Assembly: GCA_041656495.1 (NCBI GenBank)
Contig: JBBADJ010000001.1
Coordinates: 79,382-143,381, forward strand
Source of the DNA: Candidatus Ratteibacteria bacterium
GTDB taxonomy: Bacteria > Ratteibacteria > UBA8468 > B48-G9 > DTJG01
Reading direction: 5' to 3'
DNA length: 64,000 nucleotides
Each line of letters starts with the position of its first letter. Position 1 is the first letter of the stretch. Position numbers and translations under genes: made by a program. The notes beneath the pieces were generated by a model. That model was not told the origin of the DNA. It made no database searches and was given only the letters and a program-made list of their open reading frames with translations. Positions 30,705-39,952 of this stretch are shown in pieces.

Positions 30705-32234
30705 TTATGTCGCACGTATATTCTTCTTTACAATATCCTTTTTTGCAAGATATTGATTTATCGCATTAAGATATCCTCTAGCGCTCGCTTCTATAATATC
30801 GGTACTTACCCCTCTTCCCGCAACAGGAATTCCCTTGATTTCAAGAAGAACAGAGACCTCTCCCTGCGCATCGGTACCCGGTGTAATGGCGCTGATCTTA
30901 TATTCGTTTAAGTGCGGAGAAAGCCCGGTAATTCTGTCTATCGCATTATATACCGCATCTACAGGTCCATCTCCCCGGGAGGCGTCTTCAAAAAAATCTT
31001 CTCCCTTTTTCAATCTCACGGTAGCAGTGGGAACTGTTGCGCTTCCAGAAAGAACATGAAAATAATCAAGCGCATAAATCGGTTCATACAGAACAGTTTC
31101 ATCCTCATAAATAAAGATAAGATCTGTATCAGAGATCTCTTTTTTCTTATCGGCAAGTTGTTTGAAACGGATAAAAACCTTTTCTAATGATTCGTCGTCC
31201 AAAGTAAAACCAAGTAGTTCCAGCCGGCTTTTCAAGGCATGCCGTCCAGAATGCTTACCCAGCACCAAACCGCTTCCAACTATTCCCACCATTTCAGGAT
31301 GCATTATCTCATAGGTTTCTCGGAACTTAAGAACTCCATCCTGGTGGATTCCGGACTCATGACGAAAAGCATTGTCTCCTACGATGGCTTTATTGGGTTG
31401 AACCAAAATTCCTGTCAAAGAAGAGACCAACCTGCTGGAACGATAAATCTCTTCTGTGTTGATTCCTGTCTCCAATCCATACCTTTTTTTTCTTACGATA
31501 AGGTTCATAACAATCTCTTCAAGAGAAGCGTTTCCCGCGCGCTCACCGATTCCATTCACTGTACATTCAACCTGACGAGCGCCATATTGAAGCGCTGCCA
31601 AAGAATTGGCAACACCCAAACCAAGGTCGTTATGGCAATGAACACTAATAATAATTCCAGGATCCAGTTTTTCGCGAACCGCTCCAATCAATGGTCCGAA
31701 TTCTTCGGGAATAGCATATCCTACTGTATCAGGGATATTAATCACTGTCGCTCCTTCTTCCGCGACCGCCATCGCAACTTCAATCAAAAAATCCGGTTCG
31801 GTTCTTGATGCGTCTTCCGGCGAAAATTCTATCTGGTCAATAAAACGTTTAGCAAATTTCACACTTTCGCAGGCAATTCTGACAATCTCGTTTTTCGCTT
31901 TTCCAAGTTTATGTTTCCTATGAATTTCAGAGGTTGCTAAAAAAAGATGTAACCGCGGTTTTCTAGCATGCTCCAGCGCCTTAAGCGCAACTTCAATATC
32001 TCCCTGACGGCACCGGGCAAGCGCGGAAGTTTCAGGACCTTCCACCTCTTTCCCGACAAGCCGTACTGCTTCGGCATCATCCTGAGAAGTAATGGGGAAA
32101 CCGGCTTCAATCACATCCACGCCTAACCGAGCAAGCTGAAAGGCAATCTTCAGTTTTTCAGTGCTTGAAAGACTAGCTCCCGGCGCCTGTTCCCCATCCC
32201 GTAATGTTGTATCAAATATATAGACTCGTTCCAT
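30705..32234 (-). CDS. leuA: 2-isopropylmalate synthase / (R)-citramalate synthase family (with a C-terminal LeuA-dimer regulatory domain)
   Basis: IFDTTLRDGEQAPG N-terminal DRE-TIM motif; HCHNDLGLGVANSLAA; 509 aa. Confidence 0.85.
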   Translation of the reverse strand: MERVYIFDTTLRDGEQAPGASLSSTEKLKIAFQLARLGVDVIEAGFPITSQDDAEAVRLVGKEVEGPETSALARCRQGDIEVALKALEHARKPRLHLFLATSEIHRKHKLGKAKNEIVRIACESVKFAKRFIDQIEFSPEDASRTEPDFLIEVAMAVAEEGATVINIPDTVGYAIPEEFGPLIGAVREKLDPGIIISVHCHNDLGLGVANSLAALQYGARQVECTVNGIGERAGNASLEEIVMNLIVRKKRYGLETGINTEEIYRSSRLVSSLTGILVQPNKAIVGDNAFRHESGIHQDGVLKFRETYEIMHPEMVGIVGSGLVLGKHSGRHALKSRLELLGFTLDDESLEKVFIRFKQLADKKKEISDTDLIFIYEDETVLYEPIYALDYFHVLSGSATVPTATVRLKKGEDFFEDASRGDGPVDAVYNAIDRITGLSPHLNEYKISAITPGTDAQGEVSVLLEIKGIPVAGRGVSTDIIEASARGYLNAINQYLAKKDIVKKNIRAT

Positions 32235-32410
32235 AACTCCTCCCGACCTTCATCGTCCTTATTCGCCTGCGCATACTTGAAAAAAAAGATCATTACACAG
32301 CCTTTTATAAAGATTCCGAAGAGCTTCTTTTCTTTTGTCTCCGGTTCTCTTCTACTATATCGTATCCCTTCTTATTTGACAAAACCCTTAAAACATTTTT
32401 TACTAATACC

Positions 32411-33115
32411 ATGAAAAAGAATCTATTGTTATTTAGAAGTATGGGAATTATTATAGCACTTTTTTTCTGTTGTGCGACAGGATGTGGGAAAAACAGCAAA
32501 ATCTCCGACGAAGAGAGACCTTTTGTGGAAGAGGCTATTCAATATGGAATAGAGACAAAAGGAATGACCTTTCTTCAGGTTACCAAACCATGGACCATTG
32601 ATCTTGGATACGATCAAACCAAAGGATCCGCAACCTATTGTTCTCCCTTTCTTCGTCTCGCACTTCTCGGAAAAAATGGAGCGGAAAAGAACCAAACCAT
32701 TCCAGAACAGGTCATCACAAAGATCCTCCGAGACAATAAAGGAACCCTTCATTTCTTTCTTAACCTCTATGGCGACGAACCTACCTATTCAAAAAGATTG
32801 GAATTCTTTCTGAAACATGGTGAAAGAACTCTTCTTCCTATAAAAAAAATCATTCCCAATTATAGCGAGTTTTCCCGGGACTATATGAATATTGTAAAAG
32901 GAGAACTCTATTTCTCCAACGAAGGTATCGGCGAGAACGATACTGTAACCTTGGTTGTTAAGATCAATCCCTCATCTGAAGATCAACACCATAGCCATGG
33001 GCATCACGACCATCACGATCATCATCATTCCCATTCTGCGCCTGATGAAACTCCGGTGGAACCAGAACCCATTAGATTTACAGAATTTACCTTTGATCTA
33101 TCACAATACCGTTAA
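32411..33115 (+). CDS. Lipoprotein with a C-terminal histidine-rich tract
   Basis: Signal peptide with lipobox ATGC, and the C-terminal tract SEDQHHSHGHHDHHDHHHSHSAPDE. Confidence 0.6.
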   Translation: MKKNLLLFRSMGIIIALFFCCATGCGKNSKISDEERPFVEEAIQYGIETKGMTFLQVTKPWTIDLGYDQTKGSATYCSPFLRLALLGKNGAEKNQTIPEQVITKILRDNKGTLHFFLNLYGDEPTYSKRLEFFLKHGERTLLPIKKIIPNYSEFSRDYMNIVKGELYFSNEGIGENDTVTLVVKINPSSEDQHHSHGHHDHHDHHHSHSAPDETPVEPEPIRFTEFTFDLSQYR

Positions 33116-33169
33116 GAACATTGATAGACTTTATAACCACCGGACATTCTCCCTTTAGGCATATAAATA

Positions 33170-33805
33170 ATGATCTCTTCTTGTGAATATCGTAAAAAAT
33201 CGTTTGAAGAGTATTTTAAACTTCTTTCTCAAAAAAGCCCCTGTCCAGGAGGCGGAAGCGCCTCTCTTTGCGCGCTCGCACTCGCCAATGCACTTCTCTG
33301 CATGGTGGCGAACTACAGCATAGATAGTTCACGCGTCTCTCCAGACCATCGGCGCCAACTTCGCACCATTCTTGACAATGCACATTCTCTCGGAGAAAAA
33401 ATACTTGATGCCGTGGAAAAAGATAGCGAACTCTTCATCGCTATCCAAAATTCTTCCCGCAAAGCTAAAAAAGATCCTTTATGTCAATCACTTTTCCATG
33501 ACGCCTTGAAAAACTCTATTCTCTTCCATCTTACGGCACTAGCATGGGGAATAAAAATCATTACATGGAATCATACACTTCTTACGCAAGGAAACCCTAA
33601 TCTTGCCAGCGATGCGCGCGTCTCCGCATCTCTGGCGTCAGGATCGTTCCAAGGCCTGAAAACTCTTATTCATGTTAACCTTGAGGAGATACCTGACGAC
33701 GATCCTTTCCATATCCGGTTTCTCACTATAACCAACCATCTTTCCGATCTTTTTCTCCAGCGCGACGCGTTCTTTCAGGAGATGAAAGAGAAAAACAGGA
33801 GATAA
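33170..33805 (+). CDS. fchA: Methenyltetrahydrofolate cyclohydrolase (FchA / cyclodeaminase-cyclohydrolase FTCD_C family)
   Basis: SPCPGGGSASLCALALANAL signature of the FTCD_C domain; 211 aa. Confidence 0.7.
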   Translation: MISSCEYRKKSFEEYFKLLSQKSPCPGGGSASLCALALANALLCMVANYSIDSSRVSPDHRRQLRTILDNAHSLGEKILDAVEKDSELFIAIQNSSRKAKKDPLCQSLFHDALKNSILFHLTALAWGIKIITWNHTLLTQGNPNLASDARVSASLASGSFQGLKTLIHVNLEEIPDDDPFHIRFLTITNHLSDLFLQRDAFFQEMKEKNRR

Positions 33806-33809
33806 GATA

Positions 33810-34670
33810 ATGCCTGCCACAATTCTTTCTGGAAAAGAGATTGCCGCAACCATCAAAAATAGAGTAACAGAGCATCTTCACGCCTTCAAAGAACAGGGTA
33901 TAACACCCAATATTGCCGCGATTCAGGTTGGCGACAACCCCTCCTCTTCAATCTACCTCAAAGCACAGCGGAACCACTGTCTTTCCGTGGGAATTTCTCA
34001 TCAGCTTCAACAGATTCCCGCCGACGTATCAACAGAAACCCTGGCCGCACTTATTCAACGTTTAAATGAGAATCCTGCAATACAAGGGATTATTCTTCAG
34101 ATGCCTCTTCCTGCCCACCTTGACGCGAGCCTGTTTCAATCAATGATTTCACCTGTCAAAGATATTGAGGGAGTAAATCCGGAAAATATTGGAAAGATCA
34201 TCTACGGAAAAGCTCGGCTCGCCCCATGCACCGCACTTGCCGCGACCCGACTCATAGAAGAAACCGGTATTGATCCATACGGTAAAGAGATGGTTATCGT
34301 CGGTCATAGCGAAATTGTGGGAAAACCTTTAGCACTTCTATGGCTTAACAAATTTGCCACTCTATCGGTCTGCCATATTGCCACTTCACAAAGCGGACAT
34401 CTACAATCCCATGTAGAAAGAGCGGAAATATTGGTTGTCGCCGTTGGAAAAGCACACCTTATTCCCGGAAGCTGGATCCGGGAAGGAGCAATAGTCATAG
34501 ATGTAGGAATCAACAGAGTACATGGTACAATTATAGGAGACGTAGAATATGAAACCGCAAAAGAACGGGCATCGTGGATTACTCCGGTACCGGGTGGAGT
34601 AGGGCCTGTAACCACCGCCATGCTCCTTCATAATATCATTGAGGCAACTAAATGGCAGATGTCATTGTAA
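33810..34670 (+). CDS. folD: Bifunctional 5,10-methylene-THF dehydrogenase / 5,10-methenyl-THF cyclohydrolase
   Basis: ILSGKEIA N-terminus; YLKAQ and PVPGGVGPVT motifs. Confidence 0.9.
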   Translation: MPATILSGKEIAATIKNRVTEHLHAFKEQGITPNIAAIQVGDNPSSSIYLKAQRNHCLSVGISHQLQQIPADVSTETLAALIQRLNENPAIQGIILQMPLPAHLDASLFQSMISPVKDIEGVNPENIGKIIYGKARLAPCTALAATRLIEETGIDPYGKEMVIVGHSEIVGKPLALLWLNKFATLSVCHIATSQSGHLQSHVERAEILVVAVGKAHLIPGSWIREGAIVIDVGINRVHGTIIGDVEYETAKERASWITPVPGGVGPVTTAMLLHNIIEATKWQMSL

Positions 34671-36670
34671 AAGACCTAACGAAGTTTCGTCTAAAACAAA
34701 AAGAAGAACTCGTTGAAACTCTTTCTCATATCTCATCAATATCCCTTCTCTGGTGTGAAAAATGTTTTACCGCAGAAGAGCTTTCCGATAAAGATATCGC
34801 GGCATTCAAAGAGATTTCCGATCTTTCCCATCTCTCTATTTCTCAGGATATCCGGATACCTTTTCTCTGCAACCGTATAAAAACCAGTTCATTACTGCAA
34901 GAAACATTATCCCCTGAAACAAAGAGAATTGCTGTTGCATCCTGCGGTATAGGCATTCAAACCATCTCTTCTCTCTTTCCGGATCTTCCTATTATCGCTT
35001 TGACGGATTCCATTCCACAATCTCTTAATGCTACCTCTCTTACAGCATTTCACGGTATTACTCTCGCAAAATTAATGTGTGCCGGATGCGGCAACTGTGT
35101 CCTTACAAAAACCGCGGGAATATGTCCGGTAACCGCCTGCGCAAAGAGTCTTTTGCATGGTCCTTGCGGAGGCGCTAAAAACGGGATGTGCGAAGTATCT
35201 CCGGAACGGGAATGTGCATGGGAAAAAATTTTTTCTCGGTTGGAAAAACAGAAAAAAAAATGGGAAGATTCCTCTACGCTCCATAACTTTGCCGCTTTTT
35301 CTTTTTCGCAACATCTCGTTTATCGTAAAGAAAACGCCTTGCGCCATGAAAAACCTTTTTATGGAGGAGTTCATCCACCCGACGAGAAAAAAAGCACTGA
35401 ATCATCTCCATTACGCCATTTTTCTCCTCCGGAAAAGGTTATCCTCTTTCTCTCACAACACGCGGGAATGCCTGCAAAACCCCTTGTACAAAGAGGAGAT
35501 TCTGTTTGTATCGGAGAAAAAATTGCCGATGCGGACGGATTGATTTCTCTTCCTCTGCATACAGGCATCAGTGGAACCGTACGAGATATTTCCACTGAGT
35601 GGCATCCTATTCTGCTTCAGCCAATGCCTGCGATTATTATTGAAAACAATGGAAAAAACCTCTTTTCGGACAATTACACGAGATTTCCTAATTGGAAAGA
35701 TACAGACCCTGACATACTCTTAGACCATATCCGTGAAACTGGTATTGCAGGACTCGGTGGAGCGATGTTTCCCACTAACGTAAAACTTTCAGTAAAAAAA
35801 GCTCGCATTCTTATCATTAACGGATGTGAATGCGAACCCTTTCTTACCGGCGACACACGCCTGATGATAGAACGTTCTTCAGAACTTATGGAAGGCTGTG
35901 CCATCGCCGCTTATCTTCTCGGCGTCAAAGAAACAGTAGTCGCCATGGAAGAAAATTCTCAGGAAGCATTTTTATCCTGTTCAACCGCGGCACAGAATTT
36001 TTCTGAAATACGGATTGAACAATTCCCCACCGCCTATCCTCAGGGTGCGGAAAAAATGCTTGTACAAGCAGTAACCGATGAAAAAGTTCCTAAAGGAAAG
36101 ATTCCCCCGGATATAGGTATTGTAATACTCAACGCGGGAACTGTGATCGCCTTGCGTAACGCGATAATAGAAGGAAAACCGCTTATTGAAAGAACCTTGA
36201 CTGTGTCTGGACCTTTCTTCAGAGAAAAAGGGAACTTCATCGTAACAATCGGCACTCCACTAAACCATATTTTCCACGAGACAAAAACCGATCCTTCCGA
36301 CATAGGAAAGGAATGGATCCTTAAAATGGGTGGACCCATGATGGGAACTATTGTTCCCCATACCCGTACCGCTGTCATCAAAGGAACCACTGGCCTGATA
36401 TCTCAGCCTTTTCCCGCGGTGAAAGCAAGTGAAACGCGTGATTGTATCCGATGCGGTCGCTGTGTGGACGTCTGTCCCATGAAACTTTTGCCGCTTGATT
36501 ACGTCGCGCACGCAAAACGAGAAGAATGGAAGGCTTGTAAAGAAAAAGATCTTCTTTCCTGTATTGAATGTGGATGTTGCAACTATATATGCGCATCAAA
36601 AATTGATATTCTTTCACATATAAAAAAGGCAAAACATCATGCTTATTACGCATCTGAAACCAGAGAATGA
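34652..36670 (+). CDS. Fusion protein: an N-terminal MetV-like domain (methylene-THF reductase C-terminal-type zinc-ribbon domain) fused to an RnfC/NqrA-like flavin/NADH-binding module carrying two [4Fe-4S] ferredoxin motifs
   Basis: The N-terminus has SCGIGIQ and CGNCVLTKTAGICPVTACAKSLLHGPCGGAKNGMCEV. The C-terminus has GIAGLGGAMFPTNVK (as in RnfC) and the CIRCGRCVDVCP and CIECGCCNYICA ferredoxin motifs. Confidence 0.7.
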   Translation: MADVIVKDLTKFRLKQKEELVETLSHISSISLLWCEKCFTAEELSDKDIAAFKEISDLSHLSISQDIRIPFLCNRIKTSSLLQETLSPETKRIAVASCGIGIQTISSLFPDLPIIALTDSIPQSLNATSLTAFHGITLAKLMCAGCGNCVLTKTAGICPVTACAKSLLHGPCGGAKNGMCEVSPERECAWEKIFSRLEKQKKKWEDSSTLHNFAAFSFSQHLVYRKENALRHEKPFYGGVHPPDEKKSTESSPLRHFSPPEKVILFLSQHAGMPAKPLVQRGDSVCIGEKIADADGLISLPLHTGISGTVRDISTEWHPILLQPMPAIIIENNGKNLFSDNYTRFPNWKDTDPDILLDHIRETGIAGLGGAMFPTNVKLSVKKARILIINGCECEPFLTGDTRLMIERSSELMEGCAIAAYLLGVKETVVAMEENSQEAFLSCSTAAQNFSEIRIEQFPTAYPQGAEKMLVQAVTDEKVPKGKIPPDIGIVILNAGTVIALRNAIIEGKPLIERTLTVSGPFFREKGNFIVTIGTPLNHIFHETKTDPSDIGKEWILKMGGPMMGTIVPHTRTAVIKGTTGLISQPFPAVKASETRDCIRCGRCVDVCPMKLLPLDYVAHAKREEWKACKEKDLLSCIECGCCNYICASKIDILSHIKKAKHHAYYASETRE

Positions 36671-37289
36671 GCTGGTGCCGATACTTTCCCGAAAACCCCT
36701 TGTTGTATGCTGTTTCGGGTGCGCCGAGCTATTTTTTCCAGAAGAAGAAATTCTCTCTTTTCTTTCCCGGTACCCTGACTCTTATTCTGGCCTCATCCGG
36801 TGCGACTATCTCTGCAATAGAGAATTCTGTAAAGAATATCTTTCTCAAGAAAGAATCCACACTCCTTCCACGGTACTGATTTTTTCATGCGGGGTAGGGA
36901 TTCAAAGCGCCGCGGAACATCTGGAATCCATCCCTGTATTCGCAGGGTGCGACACCTTAATGGTAAATGGTTTTCAGGGAATAAGTATCACGGAAAACCA
37001 ATGCCATCAATGCGGAGAATGCCGGCTTAACGAAACCGGAGGGATATGTCCAATCACCGCCTGCGCAAAAGGTCTTTTAAACGGACCCTGCGGAGGCGCA
37101 AAAAACGGAAAATGCGAGGTGGACCCTGCCATGGAATGTGGATGGGAAAAAATATGGTGTAGATGGAAAGAGCAGGGGAAGATTAATCTCTCTCCAACTT
37201 CTATCGCAATCCGAGATTATGAAAAACTAAGCACGGGAAGAACCGGATCGTTTTCCAGCCGCCAGATCAACGCGGTCCCCAAAGATTGA
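36639..37289 (+). CDS. metV: MetV-like protein (MTHFR small subunit, zinc-ribbon type)
   Basis: SCGVGIQ; CHQCGECRLNETGGICPITACAKGLLNGPCGGAKNGKCEV; paralogous to the N-terminal domain of the preceding gene. Confidence 0.7.
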   Translation: MLITHLKPENELVPILSRKPLVVCCFGCAELFFPEEEILSFLSRYPDSYSGLIRCDYLCNREFCKEYLSQERIHTPSTVLIFSCGVGIQSAAEHLESIPVFAGCDTLMVNGFQGISITENQCHQCGECRLNETGGICPITACAKGLLNGPCGGAKNGKCEVDPAMECGWEKIWCRWKEQGKINLSPTSIAIRDYEKLSTGRTGSFSSRQINAVPKD

Positions 37290-37338
37290 GACCAAAGGAA
37301 CTTGAAAAAAAGACCGAAAATTTATTATAGGAGAAAGA

Positions 37339-38211
37339 ATGCCTTTCAAAGAAAAACTTCAACAAAAAAAATTTGTGGTAACTTCGGAAGTAGGGCCCCC
37401 GAAAGGTGTTGCGATTGATCCGTATCTCAATGAAGCAGAAGAACTCAAAGACAAGGTAGATGCCTTCAATGTAACCGATCTTCAAAGTTCTGTTATGCGT
37501 TTGGGATCGTTGGCAGTATCTCACCTACTCTATAAGAGAGGTCTTGAACCAATCTTTCAAATCACCTGCCGCGACAGAAACCGACTGGCGCTTCAATCAG
37601 ACCTTTTAAGCGCTTGGGTTCTCGGAATCAGAAATGTATTGGTCCTTACCGGAGATCATCCGGTACTCGGAGACCATCCAGACGCAAAACCTGTCTTTGA
37701 TCTTGATTCTGTAAGCCTTCTTTCCGTTCTTTCGGGATTAATGGAAGGAACCGATATGAAAGGAAACAGCCTTGAAGGCACTCCTGATTTTTTTGCGGGC
37801 GCGGTTGTAAATCCCGGATCAGACCCTATAGAACCCCAACTCTATAAAATGGAGGCGAAATTGGCCGCGGGAGCCCGTTTTTTTCAGACTCAAGCAATAT
37901 ACGATCTTGATATTTTTGAACGTTTTATGAAAAAAGCAGAGAGCTTTCATGTTCCTATACTTGGTGGAATCGTACTTCTTAAATCTGCTGGTATGGCAAA
38001 ATTTATGAATGAAAAGGTTGCGGGAATTTCAGTACCGAACCATTATATACAAAAGATGGCACAAACAAAAAAAGAAGAACGACCGGGCGCAAGCATTGAG
38101 ATAGCCACAGAACTTATCAAAGGAATGAAATCTCTATGCGCAGGCATTCATATTATGCCGCTTGGTTGGGAACAATATGTTCCGGAACTACTGCGTCAAA
38201 GCGGAATATAA
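37339..38211 (+). CDS. metF: 5,10-methylenetetrahydrofolate reductase (acetogen/anaerobe-type MetF)
   Basis: TIM-barrel MTHFR family with FAD-binding context (VTDLQSSVMRLGS, VLTGDHP, FFQTQAIYDLD); 290 aa. Confidence 0.85.
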   Translation: MPFKEKLQQKKFVVTSEVGPPKGVAIDPYLNEAEELKDKVDAFNVTDLQSSVMRLGSLAVSHLLYKRGLEPIFQITCRDRNRLALQSDLLSAWVLGIRNVLVLTGDHPVLGDHPDAKPVFDLDSVSLLSVLSGLMEGTDMKGNSLEGTPDFFAGAVVNPGSDPIEPQLYKMEAKLAAGARFFQTQAIYDLDIFERFMKKAESFHVPILGGIVLLKSAGMAKFMNEKVAGISVPNHYIQKMAQTKKEERPGASIEIATELIKGMKSLCAGIHIMPLGWEQYVPELLRQSGI

Positions 38212-38241
38212 GGAAAATACCGTACGTTACAGGGAGAAAAG

Positions 38242-39936
38242 ATGGAGAACGATCTTACTATTGCGCAAAAAGCGCCACAGAAGGATATCCGCACCATTGC
38301 CGCGAATGCGGGAATTCCAGAGACATTTCTTGAACTCTACCATACCACAAAAGCAAAGGTATCTCTTGATATTCTTCCCACACTTCAAGAACGTCCAATA
38401 GGAAAATATATTGATGTTACCGCTATTACGCCTACACCTCTCGGAGAAGGAAAGACCGTTACAACCATAGGATTATCGCAGGCGATCGCCCGTTTAGGAC
38501 ATTCGGTATTCACCTGTATCCGTCAACCCTCTCTTGGACCGGTTTTTGGCATTAAAGGAGGTGCGGCAGGAGGAGGGTACTCTCAAGTAATTCCCATGGA
38601 AGATTTTAATCTTCACCTTACCGGCGATGTACATGCGGTCGGTCTTGCCCATAACCTTCTTGCGGCATTCATTGAGAACTCTCTCGCAAAAAAGAATCCT
38701 CTCAACCTCAACCCGCAAAAGATTACCTGGCCTCGGGTAATTGATGTAAGCGACAGAGCATTGCGAAACATTATTACAGGTTTAGGAGGAAAAGAAAACG
38801 GAATACCTCGTGAAACCCGTTTTGATATTACAGTTGCCTCGGAAGTAATGGCGATTCTTGCGCTTACCTCTGATATTTCCGATCTTCGCGACCGGCTTGG
38901 CCGTATTATTGTGGGAACTACCTATAATGGAGATCCAGTTACTGCGGAATCTCTTCATGTCGCGGGCGCAATGACAGTTCTCCTTAAAGATGCTATTAAA
39001 CCAACCCTTATGCAAACCCTTGAACATACCCCTGTTTTTGTTCATACAGGACCATTTGCCAATATCGCGCATGGAAACAGCTCTATCATCGCGGATCAAA
39101 TAGCGCTTCGCCTAGCAAAGTATACAGTTACAGAGAGCGGATTCGGCGCAGATTGCGGATTTGAAAAGTTTATTGATATCAAATGCCGATACAGTGGGTT
39201 GCGTCCCGACTGCGCTGTTATCGTCTGTTCGGTCCGCGCGCTGAAAATGCATAGCGGGCAATTCCGTATTATCCCTGGAAAAAGCCTATCAAAAAAGATT
39301 CTTGCGGAAAACCTTGATGCTATTGCGAAGGGAGCTGAAAACCTCGTAAAACATATAGAAAACGTACAATTATTCGGAATCCCCGCGGTGGTTGCAATCA
39401 ATCGATTTTCCACAGATACCGAGTCTGAACTAAACCTTATAAAAGAAATTTCAAAGAATGCGGGAGCAAAATATGTGGCAATAAGCAATGTATGGGAAAA
39501 AGGCGGTAATGGCGGCATTGAACTCGCCGAGGCAGTCATTCATGCCTGTGAAGAGGAAAACCATTTCCAATTTCTCTATCCTCAAACTGCCACTCTTTTG
39601 GAAAAAATTGAATCCATCGCAAAAAAGATCTATGGCGCCGAGAAGGTTCTTCTCAGCAAAACCGCCAAACAAAAATTACGAACCTTCTCCCAATGGGGTT
39701 TTGAATCTCTTCCTATCTGTATGGCAAAAACACATCTTTCTCTTTCTCACGATCCCTCCCTTAAGGGAAGACCTCGGGATTTTACCCTTCCCATTGACGA
39801 TATACGGATCTCTGCCGGCGCAGGATTCATATATCCGCTTTGCGGAGAAATTCGCACGATGCCAGGACTTCCCACAGAACCTGCGGGAGAAAAGATAGAT
39901 ATAGATTCTCACGGAAAGATCACCGGTCTTTTTTAA
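38242..39936 (+). CDS. fhs: Formate--tetrahydrofolate ligase
   Basis: ITPTPLGEGKTVTTIGL P-loop; 564 aa; FTHFS family throughout. Confidence 0.95.
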   Translation: MENDLTIAQKAPQKDIRTIAANAGIPETFLELYHTTKAKVSLDILPTLQERPIGKYIDVTAITPTPLGEGKTVTTIGLSQAIARLGHSVFTCIRQPSLGPVFGIKGGAAGGGYSQVIPMEDFNLHLTGDVHAVGLAHNLLAAFIENSLAKKNPLNLNPQKITWPRVIDVSDRALRNIITGLGGKENGIPRETRFDITVASEVMAILALTSDISDLRDRLGRIIVGTTYNGDPVTAESLHVAGAMTVLLKDAIKPTLMQTLEHTPVFVHTGPFANIAHGNSSIIADQIALRLAKYTVTESGFGADCGFEKFIDIKCRYSGLRPDCAVIVCSVRALKMHSGQFRIIPGKSLSKKILAENLDAIAKGAENLVKHIENVQLFGIPAVVAINRFSTDTESELNLIKEISKNAGAKYVAISNVWEKGGNGGIELAEAVIHACEEENHFQFLYPQTATLLEKIESIAKKIYGAEKVLLSKTAKQKLRTFSQWGFESLPICMAKTHLSLSHDPSLKGRPRDFTLPIDDIRISAGAGFIYPLCGEIRTMPGLPTEPAGEKIDIDSHGKITGLF

Positions 39937-39952
39937 CTCTATAACAATTCGT

